Of a stretch of DNA of 64,000 bases, positions 38,926 to 47,620 are shown piece by piece. The notes under the pieces were generated by a model. That model was not told where the DNA came from. It saw only the letters and a program-made list of their open reading frames with translations, and did not search any database. The stretch's first letter is position 1, and every line of letters starts with the position of its first letter. Source of the DNA: a virus; the IMG/VR virus record IMGVR_UViG_3300027754_000075, positions 1-64,000 of that record. The stretch is one strand, 5' to 3'. A program made the position numbers and the translations under genes.

Positions 38926-38986
38926 TTATGGCACCTTTATTATCACGACTTGGTTTAGGAAGAAGTGGTTTTGGATTTGGTAAGAA
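38871..38986 (+). repeat. 116-bp direct repeat, copy 2
   Basis: Spans the fibre 3' end, spacer and the first 19 codons of the adhesin; identical to 37079-37194. Confidence 0.9.
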
Positions 38987-39947
38987 AACTATTGCTGCTA
39001 TTTTTAGTGCTTATGGGGCACAATTTCAAAACGCAAACTCTTTTAGTGATTCAAGCACATCTGCAATTGATGGCACAGCAAATTATGGGGCTGTTTTTTC
39101 CTATGGAGGATCAGAAGTTTTTATCTATGGTAATTTTTCCGCAGCCGATATCCAAACAACGATTAATTTTTATACAGGACCAGGCACTCCAGCACCTTTG
39201 ACTCCAAATATTGTTGGTTTGAGGGGATATAGACTTTATAGATATCCTAATAGTGCTGCTACTGGTAGTGTTGTTAAATTTACTGGTGAAGGGGTTGGAA
39301 CTGATAATCATTTGATTCACGTAAGAGGTAATGGATCAACTCAAGGGTATGTAAGTGCTCCGCATCCAAATTGGAAAACATTAGATCCCGCAGGAGAATA
39401 TACTTTACTTGCAAATAAAACTTTCTTTCAGGGTGGAATAACTGGTGTATTCTCTGGAAATAATACAACTATTGATAATGATGCACCGACAAGAAATAGG
39501 GTTAAATTATTAGCAGGGTCTGGGGGATCACCTGGAAGTGGTGATATTGCAGGAGGACCTGCTGGGGGAAATGGATATTCTTTCGGAGCTGGTTGTAGAG
39601 GTGCTGGTGGGGGTGGAGGAGGAACTCAAAATGCTGCTGGGGGTGGTGGTGGCGGGCCGCACAGAACAGGAACTCCTCCATTACCCGGAAGTGGATTTTC
39701 TGGTGGAAGGGGATCTGGGGGTGCTGCAGGTAGTGGATATGATGGATGGTATGGTGGTGGTGGTGGTGGCAGCGATGGTGGTGATTGCAGTGGTAGTGGG
39801 TACGGTGGTGGAGGGTCAAGTAGAGTTGATCCTGGACTTTCTGGAACAAATTCATTTTACCCACCAGCAGGTCCTTCAGTTACTCCGTACTGGTACATGA
39901 ATGTTCCTACTTGGGGAAGTGGTAAAATTATAGGACATAAATCATAA
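38928..39947 (+). CDS. glycine-rich adhesin-like protein with MAPLLSR leader
   Basis: First 19 aa identical to the 37136 protein, then unrelated body; C-terminal GGGG repeats. Confidence 0.75.
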   Translation: MAPLLSRLGLGRSGFGFGKKTIAAIFSAYGAQFQNANSFSDSSTSAIDGTANYGAVFSYGGSEVFIYGNFSAADIQTTINFYTGPGTPAPLTPNIVGLRGYRLYRYPNSAATGSVVKFTGEGVGTDNHLIHVRGNGSTQGYVSAPHPNWKTLDPAGEYTLLANKTFFQGGITGVFSGNNTTIDNDAPTRNRVKLLAGSGGSPGSGDIAGGPAGGNGYSFGAGCRGAGGGGGGTQNAAGGGGGGPHRTGTPPLPGSGFSGGRGSGGAAGSGYDGWYGGGGGGSDGGDCSGSGYGGGGSSRVDPGLSGTNSFYPPAGPSVTPYWYMNVPTWGSGKIIGHKS

Positions 39948-39975
39948 CTTAAATTATTTTTGTTATTTTAGAATT

Positions 39976-40572
39976 ATGAAAACTTTTTTTGATTTTATAT
40001 ATGTGGGAGAAAATATTGTTTCTTCTTGTGATTGTAAAAATTTAATAAAATATTTTGAAAAGCATAAAGAACTTCAGGAACCAGGAAAACAAGGAAACCG
40101 TGATATTAATAAAGAATTAAAATCTTCAACAGATATTTGTTTTATTCCGGAAGATTCTTCAAATAAAGAATGCGTTAGACATCTTAACCCTTTTCTAAAA
40201 TCTCTTGATAAAGAAGTTTTAGATGTTTATCTAAAAAGATTTGAATTAGGTCTCACTCAAATGGAAAAATGGTTGTTATGTCCATATTTTAACATTCAAA
40301 GATATTTTCCTGGAGAAGGTTATTTTAATTGGCATTCTGAATCATCTTCCAAGATGTCTGCGAATAGAAAGTTTGTTTGGATGTTTTATTTGAATAGTGT
40401 TAAAAATGGAGGAACAGAATTTTATCATCAAAATTTATGTACAGAAGCAAAGGAAGGTTCTTTGGTTATATGGCCTGCTGATTGGACACATTTGCACAGA
40501 GGACAAATTGGACAAAATGAAGTAAAATATATTTTGACCGGATGGTATACTTTTAATGGAGAAGCTTCTTAA
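39976..40572 (+). CDS. 2OG-Fe(II) oxygenase
   Basis: IQRYFPGEGYFNWHSE, WMFYLN..GGTEF, IWPADWTHLHRG, KYILTGW. Confidence 0.88.
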   Translation: MKTFFDFIYVGENIVSSCDCKNLIKYFEKHKELQEPGKQGNRDINKELKSSTDICFIPEDSSNKECVRHLNPFLKSLDKEVLDVYLKRFELGLTQMEKWLLCPYFNIQRYFPGEGYFNWHSESSSKMSANRKFVWMFYLNSVKNGGTEFYHQNLCTEAKEGSLVIWPADWTHLHRGQIGQNEVKYILTGWYTFNGEAS

Positions 40573-41127
40573 ATGTTTAAAATAAGATCGGACAATATGT
40601 TTTCATTACCAATCTACACTGTTAGAACACAGAATTGGAAAGAAAAAAAGAAAAAAATAAAAAAAGAAATCAATTTTAAAAATATAGAAAAAAAAGAACT
40701 TCATACTTTTGGAACAGATAGGCAAAATGATGGTAAATCATATATAAAACATTTTAGTAATATTTTTAAAGAAGAATTGGATCTTTTTTTGGATGAAATA
40801 AAAAAAGAATCTATGATTATAACTGACATGTGGACTGTCAGATATAGACACTCAGAATATCAATCAGTTCATAATCATGGTTCTTTTGGATTTTCCTCAG
40901 TTCTTTATTTGGATTTCAATTCAAAACTTCACGATACAACTAATTTTATTTCACCATTTAATGATTTTTATACAGATCATTTAACTTGGTATGTTCCATA
41001 TGATATTGAAGAAGGAGATTTTTTATTTTTTCCTTCAGTAGTCCTTCACCATTGTACTCCAAATTTTTCCTTTATAACTAGAAGATGTATAGGATTTGAT
41101 ATTAAGTTTGAACTACCTAGGAGTTAA
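40573..41127 (+). CDS. putative 2OG-Fe(II) oxygenase (TIGR02466-like)
   Basis: W.VRY....QSVHNHG..FSSVLY, EEGDFLFFPSVVLH, RRCIGFD. Confidence 0.8.
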   Translation: MFKIRSDNMFSLPIYTVRTQNWKEKKKKIKKEINFKNIEKKELHTFGTDRQNDGKSYIKHFSNIFKEELDLFLDEIKKESMIITDMWTVRYRHSEYQSVHNHGSFGFSSVLYLDFNSKLHDTTNFISPFNDFYTDHLTWYVPYDIEEGDFLFFPSVVLHHCTPNFSFITRRCIGFDIKFELPRS

Positions 41128-41128
41128 A

Positions 41129-41824
41129 ATGACTTTTACTGATGAACAAATAAAAATACAACAAAAAGAAAGATATCTTTCATGTTGGAGTCGGAATGAA
41201 AATTTTGACACAGATGGATATCTTTTTATTAAAAATTTTTTAGATCTAGAAAATTTAAATCATCCAAAAGATGTTATTCCGGGAATAAAAGAATATTTTG
41301 GAAACATAAATTTGTGGGATCATAGGAATGAAGATCAAGTACCAGGATCCTCGTCAAGAATAAAATATCCTCCATATAAAAAATTATATTATGAAACGAA
41401 AGAAAAAATTGAAAATATATTAGGAAGAAAACTTTACACAACATATTACCTTGATAGAATATACTACCCAAATCAACAACTTTATAAACATTTGGACAGA
41501 GATGCTTGTGAGATTTCTGTGTCTATTCACTTATCTTCAAATCTAAAAGAAAATTGGCCTTTTAAATTGGAAACAAGAACTTGGTATACGAATAAAAAAA
41601 TGAAAGAACTTTGGAAAGAAGGTGAAGAAGTAGAGATTCTTTTCAATCCCGGAGATGCAATAATTTACATGGGATGTGAAGTTCCACACTGGAGAGATCC
41701 TTTAAAATCGAAACATAATAAATTGAGTCGTATTTTTAAAAATGATGATACATACTATCATCAATTATTTTTTCATTATGTTTTTTCAAATGGTGATAGG
41801 GCACATTATTATCGACATGTATGA
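41129..41824 (+). CDS. 2OG-Fe(II) oxygenase
   Basis: RIYY...LYKHLDRDACEISVS, PGDAIIYMGCEVPHWR, QLFFHYV. Start reassigned to ATG 41129. Confidence 0.82.
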   Translation: MTFTDEQIKIQQKERYLSCWSRNENFDTDGYLFIKNFLDLENLNHPKDVIPGIKEYFGNINLWDHRNEDQVPGSSSRIKYPPYKKLYYETKEKIENILGRKLYTTYYLDRIYYPNQQLYKHLDRDACEISVSIHLSSNLKENWPFKLETRTWYTNKKMKELWKEGEEVEILFNPGDAIIYMGCEVPHWRDPLKSKHNKLSRIFKNDDTYYHQLFFHYVFSNGDRAHYYRHV

Positions 41825-42479
41825 AAAAAATAAAAAAAATATGGAAAAAACTTTAAAAGATTTAAATGAGACTTGGAAAGAAACTCCTTTTGAAAAAAAA
41901 CACTTTTTAGATACTTATGATAATGAATTTTTTAAATTTAAAAATAAATTAGATTTAAGAATTCTAGAACTTGGAATTGATAAAGGCGGATCTCTTGAAC
42001 TGTGGGAATCTTATTTTTCTAACTTATCCTTATTAGTTGGAGTTGAAAAAGACAATTCAAAAATAGAGGGAAATTTTGGTGATAAAATCAGAATTGAAAT
42101 AGGAGATTTGAGTAAAATAGAATTTTATGATAGAATAAAAAGATATGGATCATTTGATATTATTATTGATGATGCATCACATAAAGCATCGGATATAATT
42201 TTATCTTTCAATAATCTTTTCCCAATCCTTTCTGTTGGTGGAATATATTGTATTGAAAATGTTTATTACTCAGGAACTGGAGAGTACAATAACCAATCCC
42301 TTCAAAAATTTATTCAAGATTTGATTATAAATGCAAATGGAATTACTGATTGTTTAGATTTGCCCGAGAGAATGAATCAATTTTCTTGGTGGATAAAATC
42401 TATTCATATAGAAAATCAATTAATTATTATTAGAAAAGGATTATGGAACTATGAGAAAAGACATTCTGGTTGTAGATAA
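41817..42479 (+). CDS. class I SAM-dependent methyltransferase
   Basis: ILELGIDKGGSLELW..YF, FDIIIDDASH, LSVGGIYCIE. Confidence 0.82.
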   Translation: MYEKNKKNMEKTLKDLNETWKETPFEKKHFLDTYDNEFFKFKNKLDLRILELGIDKGGSLELWESYFSNLSLLVGVEKDNSKIEGNFGDKIRIEIGDLSKIEFYDRIKRYGSFDIIIDDASHKASDIILSFNNLFPILSVGGIYCIENVYYSGTGEYNNQSLQKFIQDLIINANGITDCLDLPERMNQFSWWIKSIHIENQLIIIRKGLWNYEKRHSGCR

Positions 42480-42975
42480 CTTTATAGGACCAACAGATCT
42501 TGGTGCAGCATATTTAGATTTAAGAAACAATTTTTATTGGAATGTTGCTTCAGATGCTCCAGGATCAAATATAAGAAAGGCTGCTTTTGGAAGAGGATTT
42601 GAGCATCAAGATCTTTTAAAAGCATATGATACTATTCCTATGGTAAGTTATTTTGATAATTACATTAAAAGCAGAGGATTGCCAAACTGTGGGTCATTAA
42701 GACAATTTTATGTCAATTGTGTTAAACCTGGAGATAAATTTAACTATCATGAAGATAGATCAGGAAGCACTGTTTTGATATACGTAAACCCAGTATGGAA
42801 ATGGCATTGGGGATCTGGTACAAAATTTAAAAAAGGTTTTAAAACTTTTATCGTTAAACCAAAACCAGGGAGAATGATTTGTTTTCCTGGCAAAACAAAA
42901 CATAAACCCATTCCCCCAAATTTTTGGTATAATGATTTTGGTAGATTGTCTATTGCATTTCAATATGAGTTATAA
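42451..42975 (+). CDS. 2OG-Fe(II) oxygenase (prolyl-hydroxylase-like)
   Basis: YHED..TVLIYVNPVW..WGSGT.F, PKPGRMICFPG..KH, RLSIAF. Confidence 0.8.
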   Translation: MRKDILVVDNFIGPTDLGAAYLDLRNNFYWNVASDAPGSNIRKAAFGRGFEHQDLLKAYDTIPMVSYFDNYIKSRGLPNCGSLRQFYVNCVKPGDKFNYHEDRSGSTVLIYVNPVWKWHWGSGTKFKKGFKTFIVKPKPGRMICFPGKTKHKPIPPNFWYNDFGRLSIAFQYEL

Positions 42976-43568
42976 TTAAATAATTGATAATCTTTGAAAT
43001 AATACTCTCGAATCCAACTTTTTACTTCATCCTCACATTTTAATTTATCATAAAAATCTGTTGGTAATCTATCATAAGTATATCTTTTACATTTAACTGA
43101 CAAATTAACATTAAAATTTTCACTTATCCATTGCAAAAAATTTTCACCAAATCCATCTTCATATTTCCATACTTTTGTAGTTGGAGATAAAAATTTATAC
43201 TGATCTAAAAACCAATTTGTTTCATAACTTGTTATCTCTTTTTCAAAAGTTAAGTAACTGAACAAATTTTCTTTGCTTGAAAGTATAAAATCTATATTAA
43301 TTTTATTATTATGCAAAACTTGACTTATTGAAGAAATGAATTTATTATATGGATCTCTAACCACACAAAATTTTGGCAAATCTTTTACATTTAAATAATA
43401 ATCATATAATGGATAATGTAAATGATGTTGGTTTACTCCTCTAATTTGAGATTCATCTTTTTTTGAATTCCATTCATTTGCAATAAATAATTTTATGACA
43501 TGTCTACCTGCAGTTCTTGGTATATGAACAAAATATAATTCTCTTTCTTTATCAACAAGTTTGGGCAT
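42960..43568 (-). CDS. sulfotransferase family protein
   Basis: FVHIPRTAG (5'-PSB-like), FCVVRDPYNKFIS (3'-PB-like), YFKDYQLFNY C-terminus. Confidence 0.8.
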   Translation of the reverse strand: MPKLVDKERELYFVHIPRTAGRHVIKLFIANEWNSKKDESQIRGVNQHHLHYPLYDYYLNVKDLPKFCVVRDPYNKFISSISQVLHNNKINIDFILSSKENLFSYLTFEKEITSYETNWFLDQYKFLSPTTKVWKYEDGFGENFLQWISENFNVNLSVKCKRYTYDRLPTDFYDKLKCEDEVKSWIREYYFKDYQLFNYNSY

Positions 43569-43597
43569 CAGATACATTAAATAATTATAGATTATAT

Positions 43598-44227
43598 ATG
43601 GATATAAAATTACATTCTCTTTTTCCGACCGCTGTTATTTCAGTTCTTGATAATAATTTTAAATTAACTCAAGAAGAAAAGAAAGTGATTTGGAAATATA
43701 AATTAGATGAAAGTGATAATTATCACAACTGTTATGCAAGTAAAAGTGGTAGAATATTGGAAGATCGTCGTCTCAAACGTTTAAAAAAACATTGTCAACA
43801 TTATCTTGATTTATATGTAAAAGATATAATGAAGTGCGATAATAAGATTCAAATTACAAATTCATGGGGTAACTATTCTTTCACGGGCAATTGCCACAGA
43901 AATCATCGTCATTCAAATAGTGTTTTAAGTGGTATTTATTATGTGCAATGTAATAATTCAATTCCTATTTTACAATTTGAAAGTCAAACATCTAGATATT
44001 TCTTAGAATATAGAGTTGAGGAACAAACTGTTTTTAATAGTTCAACATATCAGATAAAATTAGAGGATGGTATGTTAGTAATTTTTCCATCACACATCTG
44101 GCATTCTGTTCCCGAAAATAAATCATCTAATTGGAGAATATCCATGGCATTTAATTCTTTTCTTTTGGGAGAAATTGACAATTATGGATATGAAGAATTG
44201 AAAATTAAAAGCACCAATCATGTCTAA
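43598..44227 (+). CDS. putative 2OG-Fe(II) oxygenase (TIGR02466-like)
   Basis: LFPT, ITNSWGN, HRNHRHSNSVLSGIYY, GMLVIFPSHIWHSV, RISMAFN. Confidence 0.85.
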   Translation: MDIKLHSLFPTAVISVLDNNFKLTQEEKKVIWKYKLDESDNYHNCYASKSGRILEDRRLKRLKKHCQHYLDLYVKDIMKCDNKIQITNSWGNYSFTGNCHRNHRHSNSVLSGIYYVQCNNSIPILQFESQTSRYFLEYRVEEQTVFNSSTYQIKLEDGMLVIFPSHIWHSVPENKSSNWRISMAFNSFLLGEIDNYGYEELKIKSTNHV

Positions 44228-44855
44228 TTCTACAATATTCCCTCTTTTTTCAACGCCAGTATATAAAACAGAAATTTTATTTAATGAAAAAGAACAATAT
44301 TTTTTAAAAAATAAATTAGATAAAATAAATTATTTAAAATATGACTCTGATAATGGATATTCAACAAAACAAAAAAATATATTAAATATATCTTCTCTTT
44401 TTAATATAAAACGCCAAATAAATGATCATGTTAATAAGTATGTTTTTGAAACTTTATGTTTAAACAAAATTGATTTGTACATAACTTCTTCCTGGATAAA
44501 TCTTCACCAAAAAGGAAATTATGCACAACCACATATACATCAAAATTCTATTTTTAGTGGAGTTTTATATTTAGAAGTTCCAAACGAAAATTGTGGACAA
44601 ATTACCTTTCACTTTCCTTTTCAATTACCAACCTTTACATCAAATACAATTTATCCAGGAGTAAAAAATAGGAATATATACAATTCACACTCTTGGAGTT
44701 TTAATCCAAAATCAGGAGATTTATTAATTTTTCCTTCTCATCTAATGCACGATGTTGGAATAAATCAATCAGATCAAAACAGATATAGTTTGTCATTTAA
44801 TTATTTTGCTAGAGGTAAAATATCAGGAGAAAAAACAAAAGAATTATATATTTAA
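44220..44855 (+). CDS. putative 2OG-Fe(II) oxygenase (TIGR02466-like)
   Basis: LFSTPVY, ITSSWIN, PHIHQNSIFSGVLY, GDLLIFPSHLMHDV, RYSLSFN. Confidence 0.85.
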   Translation: MSNSTIFPLFSTPVYKTEILFNEKEQYFLKNKLDKINYLKYDSDNGYSTKQKNILNISSLFNIKRQINDHVNKYVFETLCLNKIDLYITSSWINLHQKGNYAQPHIHQNSIFSGVLYLEVPNENCGQITFHFPFQLPTFTSNTIYPGVKNRNIYNSHSWSFNPKSGDLLIFPSHLMHDVGINQSDQNRYSLSFNYFARGKISGEKTKELYI

Positions 44856-44879
44856 ATAAATAACTTAAAAAGGTATAAA

Positions 44880-45056
44880 ATGGCAATTTCATCTGAAGGA
44901 CTATCTCAAGAAGAATATGAAAATTTAGATATGTTTCCATCTTGGAATTTGATTGATGGTGTTTGGACTCCTCCAATTCCTAAACCAACTGATGGAATGA
45001 TATATTGCTGGGATGAAGAAAATGAAAATTGGAAATGTGCAAATATTCAGGAATAA
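44880..45056 (+). CDS. small Trp/Pro-rich protein, tail-fibre-associated (not in ORF track)
   Basis: 58 aa ...FPSWNLIDGVWTPPIPKPTDGMIYCWDEENENW; shares P.P.PTDG..Y.W.E...W with 58593-58919; ATAAATA at 44856. Confidence 0.7.
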   Translation: MAISSEGLSQEEYENLDMFPSWNLIDGVWTPPIPKPTDGMIYCWDEENENWKCANIQE

Positions 45057-45180
45057 AATTTTTTACAATTGTTGCAATTAAGAAAATGTCACCTTTATTG
45101 GAACGATTTGTTCTGATGATAAGTGTAGAGTGAATGTGAACTTTAACTTCTTTTGATTGATAAATATCTAAAAAACCACA

Positions 45181-45513
45181 ATGGCAGTTCCAGCAGTCAA
45201 TATTACAATTGAACAGGGTGCGGATTTTGCATCTTCATTTACGATTACAAATGCAAATGGTTCTGTATATTCATTAGTAGGTGCAAGTGCAGTCGCAAAA
45301 ATCAAAAAGTTTCCAGAGTCCACTACTTCTTATTCTTTCTCAACCACGATTACAATCGCAACAGGTGTGATTGCTCTTGCGATGACCGATACTGTTACTT
45401 CCACAATCACTCCAGGAAGATATTTTTATGATATCTTGGTCACAAACAGTTCCGGACTCAAAACCAGAGTGATTGAAGGAATGGCTCTGGTGACTGCAGG
45501 TATCTCGACATAA
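45181..45513 (+). CDS. small virion structural protein (BppU-like beta-sandwich)
   Basis: NITIEQGADF...PGRYFYDILV...TRVIEG; ATAAATA at 45160. Confidence 0.7.
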   Translation: MAVPAVNITIEQGADFASSFTITNANGSVYSLVGASAVAKIKKFPESTTSYSFSTTITIATGVIALAMTDTVTSTITPGRYFYDILVTNSSGLKTRVIEGMALVTAGIST

Positions 45514-45538
45514 ATATTTAAAATTTCTTACCTTACTC

Positions 45539-45862
45539 ATGGCAGATTTTAAGGTATCTCAAAACAGTGAGTCAAGTGCTCATAGTGTGAAATTGAGTTC
45601 TGGTAATAGTTTTACAATCAGTCAGGAGAAAACAGTAGTGGCAGAATTTCTTTCAGATTTAGCAGACGTTGCAGTCTCAAATCTTCCTGCAAGTGATAAC
45701 TATGTTCTGACATATGATGCATCACTTCAAAAATATACTTTAGTTCCTGCAGATCAAGTTTTACAATCTGCTGCCGAGGATAATCAACTTCCTCAAGAGT
45801 TTATAGACCAACTGGATGTTGCTCTAGATGATAAAATTGATGTGGATGCGGGAGGCTTTTAA
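45539..45862 (+). CDS. small fibre-associated structural protein
   Basis: LSDLADV...VLTYD motif, C-terminal DAGGF; ATAAATA at 45510. Confidence 0.65.
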   Translation: MADFKVSQNSESSAHSVKLSSGNSFTISQEKTVVAEFLSDLADVAVSNLPASDNYVLTYDASLQKYTLVPADQVLQSAAEDNQLPQEFIDQLDVALDDKIDVDAGGF

Positions 45863-45893
45863 AATCATAAATAGGTAGAAAGAGTATAAAAAG

Positions 45894-47345
45894 ATGCCAG
45901 CTCCTGTTTTACAGTTTAAGAGGGGTCTTCTTGCTGATCTTCCCGGTCTTAGGGATGGTGAACCCGGATTTACAACTGATTCATATGACTTATATGTAGG
46001 TATTGATAGTACCACAAATAATAATAAGTTTTTTGGTTCTCATCGTTACTGGACAAAAAATACAGCATCTACAGGAAGTGGTGTTAATTTTGTAGAGGGT
46101 GCTGCAAATGGAATACAATATATCACTCTCAAGTCACCAGATACTCTTGCAGGTATCACAACCTTTGTGCTTCCGGGGTCTCAGGGTTCGGCATCTTCCG
46201 TTCTGACGAATGATGGTAGTGGAAATCTAAGTTGGTCAAGTGGTTCTGCATCTCCGGTTTTTAGTGGTATTGCATCTTTTACAGACACAACCAACAATAC
46301 TTTAGGTGACGAGAATACTGGTGCGGTTCAAATTGATGGTGGTCTTGGTATTGCAAAAAACCTTACAGTTAAGCAAAATCTTCATGTTGGTGGGTATGCA
46401 GAGTTTGTTGGAGTCGTAACATTTAAGGGTGGAACAATTAATATTGGTGATGGAAACACCGATGATATTAATGTCGGTGGTGAGTTTATTTCAAGTCTCC
46501 TTCCAAATACCGATGATGCTCACGATTTAGGTACTAATGCAAAGAGATGGAGAAATCTGAATGTAGTAAGTGTTGCGACTACAAATATTAGTGTTACTGG
46601 TCTTTCTACCTTTACTGGTGCTATTGATGCGAACGGTGGTGCTGATATTTCTGGTGGTGAAACAACTCTTTCTTCGGCAACGGTATCTGACCTAACTTCT
46701 GGTAGAGTAGTTCTTGCCGGAACTTCCGGTTCTATTCAAGATAGTGCAAATCTTACCTTTGGTGCTGGTGGACTCGTTATTGGTGCTAGTGGTATTAATG
46801 TTACTGGCGTTTCTACTTTCTCTACAGATTTGGTTGTTGGTGGTGATATAAGAATTAATGGTAATGATATTAAGGCATCTGATGGTACAACTGCGATTAC
46901 ACTTGCAGGTAACGATGTTACGATTGCTGATGACCTCACAGTTGGTGGAAACCTTTATGTAAATGGATCTACAACTCAAGTTAATACTGCTGCTCTTACA
47001 GTAGAAGACAGAACGATTGATTTGGGTATTGTGAATGGTGCTGCTCCTTCAGGTGCAACCACTTGGGATTTGGGTGTTCTCTTCAATTACCATGCAAGTG
47101 GTGCTGCAAAAAAATCAGCAGTTATTTGGGAACATGTAGACTCAAGATTTAAGTTCGCAAGTGTTCTTACTGCTGACACTGATGGTTCAACTGTAGACAC
47201 CCCACAACTTACAGTCACGACATTTGCACCGATTGAGATTGCATCTCTCTTTGTGAATGATTGTGCAGGAGCATCACAGGTAATTTCTTGCACAGGAACT
47301 ACAAGAAAACTAGAAAACATTACGATTGACTGTGGAACTTTCTAA
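45894..47345 (+). CDS. tail fibre protein
   Basis: N-terminal LQFKRG...LP.L.DGEP..TTD..LYVG; LTVGGNLYVNGSTTQVNT; C-terminal IDCGTF. Confidence 0.75.
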   Translation: MPAPVLQFKRGLLADLPGLRDGEPGFTTDSYDLYVGIDSTTNNNKFFGSHRYWTKNTASTGSGVNFVEGAANGIQYITLKSPDTLAGITTFVLPGSQGSASSVLTNDGSGNLSWSSGSASPVFSGIASFTDTTNNTLGDENTGAVQIDGGLGIAKNLTVKQNLHVGGYAEFVGVVTFKGGTINIGDGNTDDINVGGEFISSLLPNTDDAHDLGTNAKRWRNLNVVSVATTNISVTGLSTFTGAIDANGGADISGGETTLSSATVSDLTSGRVVLAGTSGSIQDSANLTFGAGGLVIGASGINVTGVSTFSTDLVVGGDIRINGNDIKASDGTTAITLAGNDVTIADDLTVGGNLYVNGSTTQVNTAALTVEDRTIDLGIVNGAAPSGATTWDLGVLFNYHASGAAKKSAVIWEHVDSRFKFASVLTADTDGSTVDTPQLTVTTFAPIEIASLFVNDCAGASQVISCTGTTRKLENITIDCGTF

Positions 47346-47370
47346 TAAATAAGAGAAACTTTCTTATTTT

Positions 47371-47547
47371 ATGACCGAAGAAGACTATGCAGCCGTGATT
47401 GCATCATATCAACAAAAAGCATTTGAGTTGTTTAATCAAAATATTGTTTTAGAAACACAGGTTAATAGTTTAACAAAAACAATCAATTCTTTAACTTCTC
47501 AAATTGAACAATATGAGTTAAGAGATATTGATTTAGGCAAAAATTAA
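47371..47547 (+). CDS. small coiled-coil protein (not in ORF track)
   Basis: 58 aa MTEEDYAAVIASYQQKAFELFNQNIVLETQVNSLTK...; ATAAATA at 47345. Confidence 0.65.
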   Translation: MTEEDYAAVIASYQQKAFELFNQNIVLETQVNSLTKTINSLTSQIEQYELRDIDLGKN

Positions 47548-47620
47548 TTTTGATAAATATATAATAATCTTCCAATATATATTGGATTCTTATGGTATAT
47601 ACCAAATATGAGGAATTTGA

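Noticed and set aside
37079-38986. 116-bp repeat pair as a diversity-generating retroelement TR/VR
   Set aside because: The copies are identical with no adenine-specific mismatches, and no reverse transcriptase is present in the window.
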